Assembly (NCBI GenBank): GCA_965197475.1
Contig: CBDANF010000002.1
Span: forward strand, 1,344,001-1,408,000
DNA length: 64,000 nucleotides
Direction: 5' to 3'
DNA from: Candidatus Poribacteria bacterium
GTDB lineage: Bacteria > Poribacteria > WGA-4E > WGA-3G
Position numbers and translations under genes: made by a program
Notes under the pieces: model-generated
What the model saw: the letters and a program-made list of their open reading frames with translations, nothing else
Told to the model about the DNA's origin: nothing
The model's database searches: none
Shown here: in pieces, positions 42,213 through 51,206 of the stretch
Layout of the letters: each line of letters starts with the position of its first letter
Numbering within the stretch: the first letter of the stretch is position 1

Positions 42213-42994
42213 ATGAAGCCTCGCTTCAAGAATTGACAGACCTACTTGAGAAAACGCCGTTGCCGGTGATTATGAGAGCGTTTGAACAAGTAGACGTTGC
42301 GGATATCGCGGTTTTCTTATTATTACTGGATGTTGCTGCCAAAACAATCTCTGAGGAATCTGATGAGATACGTAGGACACTCGCTCGCGCAGCGGATAGT
42401 AAATCTAAAGAACAGACAGAAGGGACGTTAACCGGTCATGCACAACAAATTTTTGCGCAATTTCCAATTGAGAGACAGATCCGAATAGCCGAGCAGATCG
42501 CGGCAACAGAGATAGTTGAGACACAACAAGCAGAACAGGTATGGGAGGAACTTATCGGTAAAATGAAAGGAGTGCTCCAAAGCACGCTCTTTTTTGGCAA
42601 CGGTGCGAAAAATCTCGCGAAATTCATGGGACAGGTTGATATTGAACAACAGAATCAACTCATGGAAGTGTTGCAAAAAAGTCAACCTGAATTGGCAAAC
42701 ACAGTTGCTGACTGCTTGTTTACTTTTGAAGACCTGCTTGAAGTGCCAGATGAGACAATTATGACACTCTTGCAGGTTTTAGAGACAAACACTTTAGCAC
42801 TTGCACTGCATGCAGCCCCTGCAGCAATACAAGATAGATTCTTTGAAAATATGTCAGCAACACAAGCGGAAAATGTTGAAGCAGAAAGCGAGCAGCTCAC
42901 ATTTGAGCAGAAACAGTTAAGCGAGACTGCTCGGCAATCTGTAGTGGGTATGGTTCGCAATTTCGCTGCTAAAGGATTGCTGAAAATTCGCTAA
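42194..42994 (+). CDS. FliG C-terminal-domain-like protein (orphan)
   Basis: 'PELANTVADCLFTFEDL', 'LALAL', 'FFENMS' match FliG-C; no other flagellar genes in the window. Confidence 0.7.
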   Translation: MSESFLNEASLQELTDLLEKTPLPVIMRAFEQVDVADIAVFLLLLDVAAKTISEESDEIRRTLARAADSKSKEQTEGTLTGHAQQIFAQFPIERQIRIAEQIAATEIVETQQAEQVWEELIGKMKGVLQSTLFFGNGAKNLAKFMGQVDIEQQNQLMEVLQKSQPELANTVADCLFTFEDLLEVPDETIMTLLQVLETNTLALALHAAPAAIQDRFFENMSATQAENVEAESEQLTFEQKQLSETARQSVVGMVRNFAAKGLLKIR

Positions 42995-43035
42995 ATACCG
43001 GAAATTTTCTACTCTAAAGAAACAGCATCTATAAA

Positions 43036-43986
43036 TTATTTATCCTCTAACTTGAATTCAAAAGGAATTTGGATAGTGGATTCAATTGTTTTACCTTTTT
43101 TCTTTGCCGGTATAAACCTAAACTTCTTTAATGCATCAATTGCCGCTTTTTCAAAACCGAATCCAAGGTTTGTTACAGCAACTATATTTTTGGGAATACC
43201 ATCTGTTCCAACGGTTGCTTTCAGAATTACTTTCCCTTCTTTCTGTGCCCGTTTAGCATTTTTGGGATAGGTAGGTTTAATCTGGATTCTAATTTTCGGA
43301 TGTGACGACCCTTCTTCTTCGAAATCAATGTCAGGATCTATTATAGTGGGTTCAGGACTTGGGGTAGAGACATCAGGAAGATCCAACGGGGTCTTTTCCT
43401 GGGCAGGTCTATCAATGGTAGGTTTTTCTGAGGGACGTTCAGGTTGAATTGGTCCTTTCATACCGCGAACAATTTCAGTAATTTTCGGGCCTTCCTTCAG
43501 ACTAGGTGCTTCTGGGGTAAAATTTGTATCAGGTCCTGATGGAAGCGTGAAATCGCCTGTTGGTCGTAGGATATTCGTATTATTCACTGGCGTACTCTGA
43601 ATTGGAGCCTCAATTATTTGCTCCTTAGCCTTAAATGTTTCCCGAGGTCTGACTACATCAACTCGTTTTCTTGGAGGCATCTCTTGAGGCACTAATGCGA
43701 CTTCAAGTTCTTCGGTTCCCGATGCAATCTGATCCTTTATAAAAAAGAAACCGAAGAGAAGTGCAATAGCTACATGTAATCCTACAGAAAACGTTAAAGC
43801 AAAAGAATTGCGTCCTCCGGTTTTCTGTACGGTCATGGGGGAAGGTTTATTCTCTTGTGCGGCAGCAATTCCGCCTTTCTGACTTTCTTCAATGCTGACT
43901 TTCTTTAACTTAGCATTGATTTTCGGTTTTTTCCGATCAGCCCTACGTTTATGCAAATGGGATAAAATGTCGGAACTTCTACTCAT
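43036..43986 (-). CDS. tonB: TonB family energy transducer
   Basis: TM with 'SVGLH', Pro-rich linker, TonB-C 'PTYPKNAKRAQKEGKV...FEKAAIDALKKFRFIPA'. Confidence 0.85.
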   Translation of the reverse strand: MSRSSDILSHLHKRRADRKKPKINAKLKKVSIEESQKGGIAAAQENKPSPMTVQKTGGRNSFALTFSVGLHVAIALLFGFFFIKDQIASGTEELEVALVPQEMPPRKRVDVVRPRETFKAKEQIIEAPIQSTPVNNTNILRPTGDFTLPSGPDTNFTPEAPSLKEGPKITEIVRGMKGPIQPERPSEKPTIDRPAQEKTPLDLPDVSTPSPEPTIIDPDIDFEEEGSSHPKIRIQIKPTYPKNAKRAQKEGKVILKATVGTDGIPKNIVAVTNLGFGFEKAAIDALKKFRFIPAKKKGKTIESTIQIPFEFKLEDK

Positions 43987-44259
43987 CTCTTTTCTCCTAA
44001 ATATTATCTCGTGATGTCGATAGCGCGCTTACAACACACTTACCGGAGTTTATGAGATAGTTCGTGAATCAATCGTTTCGTAAATTAAGGGTTATGCCAC
44101 AACGTTAATTTACACATCAACGGTATTTTTGATATCAGTACCAACTTTCCATTAAAAACTAACTTAGTATAAATTATAGCATATTTAAACATATATGTCA
44201 ACTTTTTTAATTTAAATTGTATTTTAAGGAATTTCTTACGTTTCGGCATCGATATTCAG

Positions 44260-46491
44260 TTAAGGATTCCACCAAAACGTCATTTTTGCGACTACTGTGG
44301 AATTCCGCAGTACTGCCTTTGTTGTTTTGTCTGTGTCGTAGGTTTGATTGAAAACAAAATAGAAATCACTTCCTGGACGATAGATGTAGTTAATTAGAAA
44401 ATTGGTAGATACAAGGTTAGTCTCTGTATTCCATTGCGCATAGAATTTGGCAAACAGGGTCGTTGAAAACGAATAGTTGAACCTGCCGGAGAAAAGGTTC
44501 GCATCAAAATCACCAACAAGTAAGGTGACATGATTAAATTGATAGTCTGCGTGTAAGCTGATTCGTCCATTCGGTTTTAGCGTTCCATCAACATAATATT
44601 TGCGAATTTGACCGTTATAAAAATCCCCAAACTCAAAACCTGCTGTAGTACTAATAACACGGCTATCGCTCGTTGAAAACCTCCCGCCTAATATCCCGAA
44701 TTGGTAGCTACCAATTGGGATAACCACATCCTCCCGAATTTCAAAAACTTCGTCAAGTCTTTCAAAAGCACGTCTGGCAAAAAACATTACGTAGTCACCT
44801 GTTGCAAATGATGTCCAGTGAGTGTAGGAAAAATTCCAGCGTTCCAGTTCATTTTCTTGATTGAGAATGTAGTTTACTTCGGGACCCGACCAAAGTTCGC
44901 GAATTCCGTATTTTTGTGGTCTCGGTGCCCAACGAAAATGGGCTCGCGCATGACGGACCCCGGTCTGTCGGACAAATCCGATCGCTGGGTCAAAATCTTC
45001 GTCAATATCGGTGAAAGATCCGCCGAATCGAAAGATGTCATTCCGCCATTTTGAACCGAAGTACCAAGCGTTATTTTTCCCTGACATATTGGGAGTAAAA
45101 GTTCGCGCCCACATGCCGCGAACATCAAACCTATCATTTGGACGGAATTCAAAATCAACCCCGCCTGCGCGGTTGTAGTTGCCAATTTCGTCTTTATTGA
45201 CAGCAATTATGCCGAAACGAGATCCCGCAGCAGCATCCTTGGTAATTCGGATTACAGAGTAGTTTGTACGTGGAATGTCAATTGGATCATCTTCATCTGT
45301 TTCACCATGAAATTCATCTGTGAGAACATTAAGAACCCCAATTCCATAGGAACCGATCTTGCCGCTGGCTTTCCCACCAAAGATTATAGGAATAGCGTTT
45401 CCCTCAGCCAATCCGATACGTCGACTGTAGAAAAGTAACATCGGCGGGGGTCTCCGAAAACTTTGCCTTGGTACCCCGAAATCGAAAAGTCCTGCTCCTT
45501 CCAAAAAGAAGGGACGTTTTTCTGGGAAAAAGAGGTTAAATCGGGTGAGGTTAACCTGTTCCTGATCTGCCTCAACCTGTGCAAAGTCTGTGTTATAGGT
45601 GATGTCGGCAATTAGGTTAGATGTGATACCGTATTTTGCGTCAAAGCCGAGCTTGAATTGGCGGGTAGTCTCTCTTGTAGCATCCTCATCGTTCTCTTGA
45701 GTAATGCCGGGTAGAAGGTAAGGAAGAAATTCTATATTTCGGTAAGGGGAAATACCTTCTAAACCGACAAGAGTACCGAGGTTTGTCGTGCGATATTTTG
45801 CCAATCCACCGTAAGAAGCTGGCACGGGTGCCCATAACGCTTCTTCCTGATACCGTTTATGTTGATGTCCAACGTTAATTCCCCATATAATCTCGTCGCT
45901 TTTTTTAAAACGGAGTTGGCTAAAGGGAATGCTGAGTTCCGTTGTCCAGGAGGTCACGTTAATTTTCGATTTACATGCCACCACGGCATCCCAGTCGTCG
46001 TTCCGCGTATCTCCGTTATTCGTTATGGCTCTATCCTGTATTGCGCCTAAGGCGTTTGCGCGAAAGAAGAACCCACTCCGTTTATCGTTGTATGTATCCA
46101 ATAGGATGAAAACGTTGTCGTTTTCGTGTATGTCGCGTGCATCTCTACGCATTTCATTAGCGGCAAGTTTTGATATTTCTGAGTCGAAACAGATAAAACC
46201 GAAATAGATATTCTTATCATCATAGAGGATACGCACTTCCATTGGTTCAGAACTGATTTCACTCTCATGCGGCTCAATTTGGATAAACCTATCCATTACC
46301 TCTGCTTTCTGCCAATCCGCTTCGGTTAGATCTCCATCAATCTCAATACTCTTGTAGGTGCGGTATGCTTTAATCTGTTTGGTTGGCGATTCCGTACTAA
46401 CCTTGGAAGCAGCAACGAACAAAAGAATAAAAACAAATAAAGAAATTCTGATTTTTGGGAACTGTGTAATAGAAAATAGATACGGGTCCAA
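44260..46491 (-). CDS. CBM9-like + DUF5916 outer-membrane protein
   Basis: 'IDGDLTEADW', 'IPFSQLRF', 'DFAQVEAD', 'LFFPEKRPFFLEG', 'FYSRRIG'. Confidence 0.88.
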   Translation of the reverse strand: MDPYLFSITQFPKIRISLFVFILLFVAASKVSTESPTKQIKAYRTYKSIEIDGDLTEADWQKAEVMDRFIQIEPHESEISSEPMEVRILYDDKNIYFGFICFDSEISKLAANEMRRDARDIHENDNVFILLDTYNDKRSGFFFRANALGAIQDRAITNNGDTRNDDWDAVVACKSKINVTSWTTELSIPFSQLRFKKSDEIIWGINVGHQHKRYQEEALWAPVPASYGGLAKYRTTNLGTLVGLEGISPYRNIEFLPYLLPGITQENDEDATRETTRQFKLGFDAKYGITSNLIADITYNTDFAQVEADQEQVNLTRFNLFFPEKRPFFLEGAGLFDFGVPRQSFRRPPPMLLFYSRRIGLAEGNAIPIIFGGKASGKIGSYGIGVLNVLTDEFHGETDEDDPIDIPRTNYSVIRITKDAAAGSRFGIIAVNKDEIGNYNRAGGVDFEFRPNDRFDVRGMWARTFTPNMSGKNNAWYFGSKWRNDIFRFGGSFTDIDEDFDPAIGFVRQTGVRHARAHFRWAPRPQKYGIRELWSGPEVNYILNQENELERWNFSYTHWTSFATGDYVMFFARRAFERLDEVFEIREDVVIPIGSYQFGILGGRFSTSDSRVISTTAGFEFGDFYNGQIRKYYVDGTLKPNGRISLHADYQFNHVTLLVGDFDANLFSGRFNYSFSTTLFAKFYAQWNTETNLVSTNFLINYIYRPGSDFYFVFNQTYDTDKTTKAVLRNSTVVAKMTFWWNP

Positions 46492-46531
46492 AAGCGTTGC
46501 TTCCTTGCGTAGAAGAAATCCGAATTAGTAT

Positions 46532-46689
46532 TATAGTAGATTTTAGAATTACTTGGACATTGTTATCGGTCCAGTTGGGAAACAGTTCCTACCGCATATT
46601 TTGTAGCACAAACTTTTAGTTTGTGTCGTCCTTGCGCAAACTGAAAGTGGACGCTACAGCAGTGTCCAGATAATTACAGATTTTACTAT
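46532..46689. mobile_element. MITE with ends matching IS630 element A
   Basis: tatagtagattttagaattacttggaca ... tgtccagataattacagattttactata; compare the IS end tatagtaaaacctgtaattac at 15426. Confidence 0.75.
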
Positions 46690-46740
46690 AAGACGCAAAA
46701 GGAGGCAAATTGGGTTATACAAATCTCAACGGACTGAGAA

Positions 46741-48843
46741 TCAAAATTCCAATGTAAGCGCAAAGAAGGGGACTATCGGCAGCTGGGCAGTCGGCACCTC
46801 TTTTGTAAAATGCTCACCATAGCGAACTTGGAGGATATTTCTGCGGTTATAGGCGTTCCAAAGTTCAAAAGTAAATCCACCCTTCGCTTTGTGCAAGCGA
46901 ATGAAGTACCAGTGAAAATTTTCCAGACGAATGAAGGACCAGTGAAAACGCAAATCCAAGCGATGATATGGCACTGCGCGTTTTTGGACACCCCAAATAG
47001 GTAGCCATGTTTGTTTTTTGGTATAAGGATTGGTATAAGGTTCTCTGTCTACTAACGTGGTATACAGAACGCCACTCTTATATTGCCAATTCGCTCCGAA
47101 TTCCCACGATTCAAAAGTGTAGTTAAGATTAATTGCTAAAACGTGAGGCGTGCTAAACATATAATCTCTTTCTTTTTCTTTAAGAGAATCTTGGCGTTTG
47201 GAAATGGTATAGGAATACGCGAGCCAACCCCGAAACGCTTCTCCAATTTCGTGTTCCAGTGAAACTTCAACACCTTTCACCGATCCAATTCTTTGATTTT
47301 GGTAGCGTTTTTCTGATCGGTTAAAGGTAATCATATCAGTTAGGTTTTTGTAATAGCCAGCGACTTCAATTTTTGTTTCTGAGGTTAACCTTTTTTCCAA
47401 TGCCACTACGTAGTGCCTTGCCAAGCTCGTGGCGATCTCAGGATTTTCGTTTCCAAGCACGACTTGGAAGAGTCGTGGATTTTGGACATAATTTCCATAC
47501 ATAAAGCGCATATCTATCGGTAGAAGAGAAAACCCTACAGTGTTCGTCTGCTCGGGCCCCAATGTTAATCCGAGTAGTCCACGTGGTTGCAGCGAAAACG
47601 AGTCAATCAGATTAAAATAATTTGCTCGTATTCCTATGGTGGTATAAAGGGAAGCATAGTGGGATGAAACCAGGTCCTGTGTTGCTTGAAAGTACCCTTC
47701 AAGTCGATGCTGGATTTTAGATGTGACGGTATGGACCTTTTCTCCATCTGCCCTTAACCTGAAGTCATAGTCCCAATCGCCTTCTTCAAGTGGTCGGGAC
47801 CCGATGCTTGTAAGGCTTGAAGGCAGGATCGAAAGATCAAAACCTGCTTCTAACAACGTCTTCGGAAATTTAACCCAGTACTGAAGATCGCCACGGAGTG
47901 AATGGACACTATCCGCGTTTCCATAGAAGTATCCGTCACCATATTTTAGTGCCCTCCGAGAAAATGACCGTGTCAATGATACAACAGACTTAAACGTTTC
48001 TTCTTTTTCAGAATAGAAATGGATGCCTTGTGAATCGAAAGGGTTATCTGACTTCAACGGACCGAGTAGGTCACCGTCAGAGACTTCATCACGACCAAGA
48101 CGAAATTCTGCTGAATCACCTGCTGCAATGGCATTCACGACCACCCTGTGGTTCTTAGTTAATTGGTAAACAACCTTTCCCTGATAACTCCAGAAACTCG
48201 GCACTTGTGTCACCAAATCATTCTCAACTTTCAACAAACGCGGCAATAATTCAAAAAGTGGCCCCAAAAAACTACGTCGACCAAAAACGTACCAATATCC
48301 ACGGGTTCCTATGTTTCCTTCAAGAAAGGCTTGAGAATACACCGGATTGAGGTTGAGTTTTCCACCTAAACGGGTATCGGTGATACTGCGGGAGTAAATG
48401 TCAATTACTGCCTGAGAATCGGAACCAAATTCTGCTCCATACCCACCAGGATACACCTCAATATTTTGGATTACCTCTGCGTTGACCGTAGAGACGATCC
48501 CGTAGAGATGATATGGATACCCTAAAGGTAATCGATCAAAATAGTAGAGGTTATCTTCAGGTCCGCCACCACGCACAGAAAGGATTCCGACAAAATCACT
48601 CAGAACACCGACGCTGGGAAGTTGGTTTAAAACTCGTAATGGATCTCCGCCGCTACCTACGGCACTCGTAATTAAGGGTCCTTTGAAAGTGTGTCGTGGT
48701 TTCTTTTCTATCCGTTCTGTTTTGACCTCTACTGGCGGTAAGGTGATAACATCATCCAACGCTTCGTCATTTACAGGATCATCGTTCTGCCCTAAAGCCG
48801 AAAATGGCAATAGAAGGATTAAAAGGATCAATATCTGTTTCAA
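46741..48843 (-). CDS. TonB-dependent receptor 3 (no N-terminal extension)
   Basis: Plug 'VRGGGPEDNLYYFD', 'GGYGAEFG', C-terminal Phe. Confidence 0.88.
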   Translation of the reverse strand: MKQILILLILLLPFSALGQNDDPVNDEALDDVITLPPVEVKTERIEKKPRHTFKGPLITSAVGSGGDPLRVLNQLPSVGVLSDFVGILSVRGGGPEDNLYYFDRLPLGYPYHLYGIVSTVNAEVIQNIEVYPGGYGAEFGSDSQAVIDIYSRSITDTRLGGKLNLNPVYSQAFLEGNIGTRGYWYVFGRRSFLGPLFELLPRLLKVENDLVTQVPSFWSYQGKVVYQLTKNHRVVVNAIAAGDSAEFRLGRDEVSDGDLLGPLKSDNPFDSQGIHFYSEKEETFKSVVSLTRSFSRRALKYGDGYFYGNADSVHSLRGDLQYWVKFPKTLLEAGFDLSILPSSLTSIGSRPLEEGDWDYDFRLRADGEKVHTVTSKIQHRLEGYFQATQDLVSSHYASLYTTIGIRANYFNLIDSFSLQPRGLLGLTLGPEQTNTVGFSLLPIDMRFMYGNYVQNPRLFQVVLGNENPEIATSLARHYVVALEKRLTSETKIEVAGYYKNLTDMITFNRSEKRYQNQRIGSVKGVEVSLEHEIGEAFRGWLAYSYTISKRQDSLKEKERDYMFSTPHVLAINLNYTFESWEFGANWQYKSGVLYTTLVDREPYTNPYTKKQTWLPIWGVQKRAVPYHRLDLRFHWSFIRLENFHWYFIRLHKAKGGFTFELWNAYNRRNILQVRYGEHFTKEVPTAQLPIVPFFALTLEF

Positions 48844-48867
48844 GGTTCAGTTCCCAAGTATAACCAT

Positions 48868-51096
48868 TTAGAATGCCGCCGTAATGCCTAAGTATGGGAG
48901 AATAGGCAACTGATAAATCGGGTTTTTATCTTTGTAGTCCTCTTCATATTGATAATCAAGAAGGTTTTTACGATTATAGGCGTTAAGTAGTTCTAAAAAA
49001 ATTCCTAACTCCCAACTATTAAAACGGAAGATTTTGCTCACGCGTAGGTCCAACCTGTGGTAGGGTGGTAATCTTTCTGAGTTTGTTTCACCATAAATAG
49101 GGAGATAGATAAATTTTCCGTTCCTGGGATCGGGTATGAGTGTAGAATCCACAACAGGTGTATATGGATTACCAGTTCGGTACTGCCATTTTGCACCGAA
49201 CTCCCAAGTAGGTGTAAGATTATAACTTGCAGCGAACGTAGCGACATGTGTTTGATCAAACGAATAGTAACGATATGGTTCGCCCGAACGGTCACGCCGT
49301 TTAGAAAGCGCATAAGCATAGGAAATCCATCCGAAAAACTTATCTCCACTTCTGTGCCGTAGAAAAATCTCAGTACCTTGTGCATAACCAACACCTTGAT
49401 TTAGAAAGATGGATCCTTTGTCAGATGTCACCAAATTTGCGAGGTCTTTGTAATAGGCTGCGATTTTGATTTCCGTATCTTGTGAAAGTTGACGTTTGAG
49501 TTCCACAATGTAATGGCTCGCTTGACTGGACTTTAACTCTGGATTACCAACAGTGTTTGAGAGTTGTGCAGGAATAGGAGTCTGGTTGTAGATTCCGTAA
49601 GCAAATTGGATCTCAGATCTGTTGGGAAGTTCCACACGGATGCTGCCTCTCGGTTGAATAGAGAGCTCATCAATTCGGTTAAAATAATCCAACCGCACTC
49701 CAAACACAACCGACACAAATGGTAATAGATTATATCTGTCTTGCAAGTAACTTTCAAGACGTTGCCCGCGCACAGATTCATCTATTTTGATCTTCTCTTC
49801 AAACCGGATGTCGTATTCTACCTCAGCTTCGTCTGGTATACGAGTGAATATACCGCTCACCTCTCCCGGTTCAGCACCGAGGATGAGTCCGGATTCCAAC
49901 CGATGTTTTTCGTTTAACTCATAAGTGAGGTCTTCACGGAGGGTGTAGGTTGGTGCATCAATATTAAGAGAGAGTAAGGGTCCGAAATTGACATCAAATA
50001 GAAAATCAGAGCGGGTAAGTGATAAAAAAGAGATGAGTCGTTCTGTGAGGGAGGAACGTAAATGAATCCCACCCCCTTGAAAACCACTTTCAAAACTCGT
50101 ATTTCCTCTAAAATCTTCGTCAACGTTTGCCCCGTCTAATGTTACAGCAAACTTGTCACCTGAAGCGAACAGATTAAAAAATAGTTGGTGTTTTTCGCTA
50201 AGGTCGTAGCCAGCTTTCAGTTGATAATCCCAGAAACGAGGAAAGGCAGTGATTGATCCTGTTGCAAACGAAAGGGAACCGATAAATAGGTCAATGTAAC
50301 TTCTGCGTCCTGCTGCATACCAATATCCTTTTTCGCCGATTTTCCCTTGGAGAAATCCTTCAGAGTAAAGTAGGTTGAGATTGAATTTTCCACGTAGATT
50401 TTTTGGACTGCTGTTTTGCGAATAGATGTCAATCACGGCTTGAGAATCCACACCATATTCAGCACCATAACCGCCTGCGTATACATCAATCCGGTCTATG
50501 ATTTCAGAACTGAGAGACGAAACGAGTCCACCAAAATGGTAGGGATAACCGACAGGCACACGGTCAAAGTAGTAGAGATTATCTTCATCGGAACCGCCAC
50601 GGATATAGAGGGCACCGCTAAAATCGTTCGCGACCCCGATGCCAGGGATTGCTGGCAGCGCACGCAGTGCATCACCCGCTGTGCCGGGAATACGTGCAAT
50701 TTCTTTGGATTGAATGCTCTTTTTAATAACAGTTTTTGGACTACGTTTTGCTTTTACCTCTACCGCTTCAAGTTCATAATCAGCTGTACTAACGAAAATT
50801 TTAGGTGTAAGTGTTTTGCCAGCTTCAATGGTAACAGTGGTTTTTTCTGCCGATTCGGAATTTGGAACAGATATAGATAAGGTATAGCTGCCCTCTGGGA
50901 TTTCGTTGAAAACAAACTGTCCAATTTCGTCTGTTTTTTGGTGTTTGTCAAGTTCAATTATGTGAACCTCAGCACCAGCTAACGGTTTGTCCGTGTCTGT
51001 GCTATAAACAGTGCCTTGAATTGTCCCTGTTTGGGCAAAAGCGGCTGTTGGAATTATTAAAATCATTAGTAGGTAAAAAAAGTTCTTCATGTTCAT
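48868..51096 (-). CDS. TonB-dependent receptor 2 with N-terminal carboxypeptidase-regulatory-like domain
   Basis: 'QTGTIQGTV', plug 'IRGGSDEDNLYYFD', 'LPPYHRLDLR', C-terminal Phe. Confidence 0.9.
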   Translation of the reverse strand: MNMKNFFYLLMILIIPTAAFAQTGTIQGTVYSTDTDKPLAGAEVHIIELDKHQKTDEIGQFVFNEIPEGSYTLSISVPNSESAEKTTVTIEAGKTLTPKIFVSTADYELEAVEVKAKRSPKTVIKKSIQSKEIARIPGTAGDALRALPAIPGIGVANDFSGALYIRGGSDEDNLYYFDRVPVGYPYHFGGLVSSLSSEIIDRIDVYAGGYGAEYGVDSQAVIDIYSQNSSPKNLRGKFNLNLLYSEGFLQGKIGEKGYWYAAGRRSYIDLFIGSLSFATGSITAFPRFWDYQLKAGYDLSEKHQLFFNLFASGDKFAVTLDGANVDEDFRGNTSFESGFQGGGIHLRSSLTERLISFLSLTRSDFLFDVNFGPLLSLNIDAPTYTLREDLTYELNEKHRLESGLILGAEPGEVSGIFTRIPDEAEVEYDIRFEEKIKIDESVRGQRLESYLQDRYNLLPFVSVVFGVRLDYFNRIDELSIQPRGSIRVELPNRSEIQFAYGIYNQTPIPAQLSNTVGNPELKSSQASHYIVELKRQLSQDTEIKIAAYYKDLANLVTSDKGSIFLNQGVGYAQGTEIFLRHRSGDKFFGWISYAYALSKRRDRSGEPYRYYSFDQTHVATFAASYNLTPTWEFGAKWQYRTGNPYTPVVDSTLIPDPRNGKFIYLPIYGETNSERLPPYHRLDLRVSKIFRFNSWELGIFLELLNAYNRKNLLDYQYEEDYKDKNPIYQLPILPYLGITAAF

Positions 51097-51206
51097 GATC
51101 TGTGACTCTTGCTCCTATGCAAATGTGTTGAAATTTGTGTCCGTTGACACGTTAAATTATACAATTCTGTTGCCAGAATTGCAAATTGATCTATAATAGG
51201 GCAAAA

